Source of the DNA: a bacterium
Lineage (GTDB): Bacteria > SZUA-182 > DTGQ01 > JAFGSM01
Direction of reading: 5' to 3'
Length of the DNA stretch: 17,461 nt
Assembly (NCBI GenBank): GCA_049472335.1
Contig: JBLIRO010000092.1
Location: forward strand, 1 to 17,461
Each line of letters starts with the position of its first letter. Position 1 is the stretch's first letter. Below the pieces are notes generated by a model. The model did not search any database, was not told where the DNA came from, and was given only the letters and a program-made list of their open reading frames with translations. The position numbers and the translations under genes are program-made. Positions 16,368 to 17,461 of this stretch are shown one piece after another.

Positions 16368-16383
16368 TGGCACAATAAATGCT
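16368..16383 (+). promoter_or_regulatory. Sigma54 (-24/-12) promoter candidate upstream of the response regulator
   Basis: TGGCACAATAAATGCT, with GG-N10-GC spacing and TGGCAC consensus. Confidence 0.75.
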
Positions 16384-16535
16384 TTTTATAACATTATAAT
16401 ATTAAGTAGCATCTGGATTTAAAAGTCTCTTTATTCAAATCCAGGAATTCTTAATATAATAAATTAAATCACCAAAATTTTAGAATTCAATTTTCTAATA
16501 TATTTATATTTAAAACAGCTATAAAAGGTTTAAGA

Positions 16536-16889
16536 TTGATTAACAAAATCCTGGTTATTGACGATAATACCATCTTTTGCAACGCGTTGAAATACCATCT
16601 ATCACAAAAAGAATACAGTGTTGAGACGTGTGTCTCTTGTTCCGAATTTCAGGATAAAGATGTCAAAGAATACGATCTGATATTACTGGACATAAAACTG
16701 AAAGATGCACAAGGTCTTGATATTATTCAGTATATTTTAGAGATATGTCCTGAAAAGAAGATAATAATAATCTCTTCATATCTCGATGAAGAAAGTATTT
16801 TAAAGGCAAATAAACTGGGTGCATATAAATGTATTCATAAAAGCAGTAAGTTATTTCAGGAGTTGGATAATCTTATAAAAGAGATTTAA
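16536..16889 (+). CDS. Single-domain response regulator (CheY/Spo0F-like receiver)
   Basis: ILVIDD, phosphoacceptor DLILLD, IIISS, LGAY..IHK; TTG start after AAGGT; no output domain. Confidence 0.92.
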   Translation: MINKILVIDDNTIFCNALKYHLSQKEYSVETCVSCSEFQDKDVKEYDLILLDIKLKDAQGLDIIQYILEICPEKKIIIISSYLDEESILKANKLGAYKCIHKSSKLFQELDNLIKEI

Positions 16890-17092
16890 ATTTTAAATGC
16901 TTAAATTCATAAAAAAATGCTTAATTTTCCGTCTATATACAGATTGTAACGACGGGTAAGGGGAGGTGATGATTTTTTTATAATGTAATATTCTCAATAA
17001 ACAATATTTTTTAAATTTAATTTTAAAAACACGATTAAGTGTTTAATTAAAACAAGATTTTTAAAAATCTTTTTGCAATGAGGTTAAAAAGT

Positions 17093-17461
17093 ATGTCTTA
17101 TAAAACCATGGTTAAAAGTGTTTTATCTTTATCGATTCTCTTTTTGGGACTTTTATTAATAGCTTCCGGCCTGTGTTATGCACAATATTACTATACTGGC
17201 AGCAGCTATCCATCTTATGGATATAGTGGCATGTATGGTATGTACGGCAGCGGTTACGGTATGTACGGCAGCGGTTACGGTATGTACGGCAGCGGTTATG
17301 GTATGTACGGCAGCGGTTATGGTATGTACGGCAGCGGTTATGGTATGTACGGCAGCGGTTACGGTATGTACGGCGGCGGTTACGGTATGTACGGTAGTGG
17401 ATACGGCAGTATGTACGGTAGTGGATACGGCAGTATGTACGGTAGTGGATACGGCAGTATG
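17093..17461 (+). CDS. Secreted Gly/Tyr/Met/Ser-rich repeat protein, runs off the window
   Basis: Not in the ORF track; ATG 17093 after GAGGT; signal [30 protein letters not shown], then [19 protein letters not shown](MYGSGYG)x6 MYGGGYG (MYGSGYGS)x3, open to the window end. Confidence 0.9.
   Translation, partial: MSYKTMVKSVLSLSILFLGLLLIASGLCYAQYYYTGSSYPSYGYSGMYGMYGSGYGMYGSGYGMYGSGYGMYGSGYGMYGSGYGMYGSGYGMYGGGYGMYGSGYGSMYGSGYGSMYGSGYGSM
17240..17461 (+). repeat. Coding tandem repeat: 7 x 21 bp followed by at least 3 x 24 bp
   Basis: ATGTACGGCRGCGGTTAYGGT at 17240-17386; ATGTACGGTAGTGGATACGGCAGT at 17387-17458. Confidence 0.95.

Noticed and set aside
17240..17461. CRISPR array
   Set aside because: Head-to-tail in-frame repeats with no unique spacers.

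Overview
AT-rich accessory region of an unidentified bacterium, dominated by secretion genes, secreted proteins and long structured intergenic leaders. Left, minus strand: a NusG-paralog antiterminator (LoaP-like), a C39 peptidase-containing ABC transporter (PCAT) and a HlyD membrane fusion protein running off the window. Divergent from these, behind a ~220-nt imperfect inverted repeat, are two tandem paralogous precursors with a conserved signal+pro region and unrelated six-cysteine cores (conotoxin-like layout). Middle: an orphan XRE antitoxin-like fragment, a 949-aa secreted protein (propeller-like repeats, MopE-type CDGxDNDC repeats, many DPN motifs, G/P/aromatic tail) and a patch of gene fragments. 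Right, minus strand: a sigma54-type promoter, an almost fully deleted second loaP-like gene that keeps the same downstream hairpin as the intact copy, a ~1.1-kb structured leader, and a two-gene operon (DUF6345-like putative cysteine peptidase plus a secreted partner). Far right, plus strand: a cold-shock protein, a sigma54-driven single-domain response regulator and a secreted (MYGSGYG)n repeat protein. A recurring hairpin + strong SD + 1-6-codon minigene motif sits in several non-coding stretches. All family calls come from motifs read by eye, with no database search.
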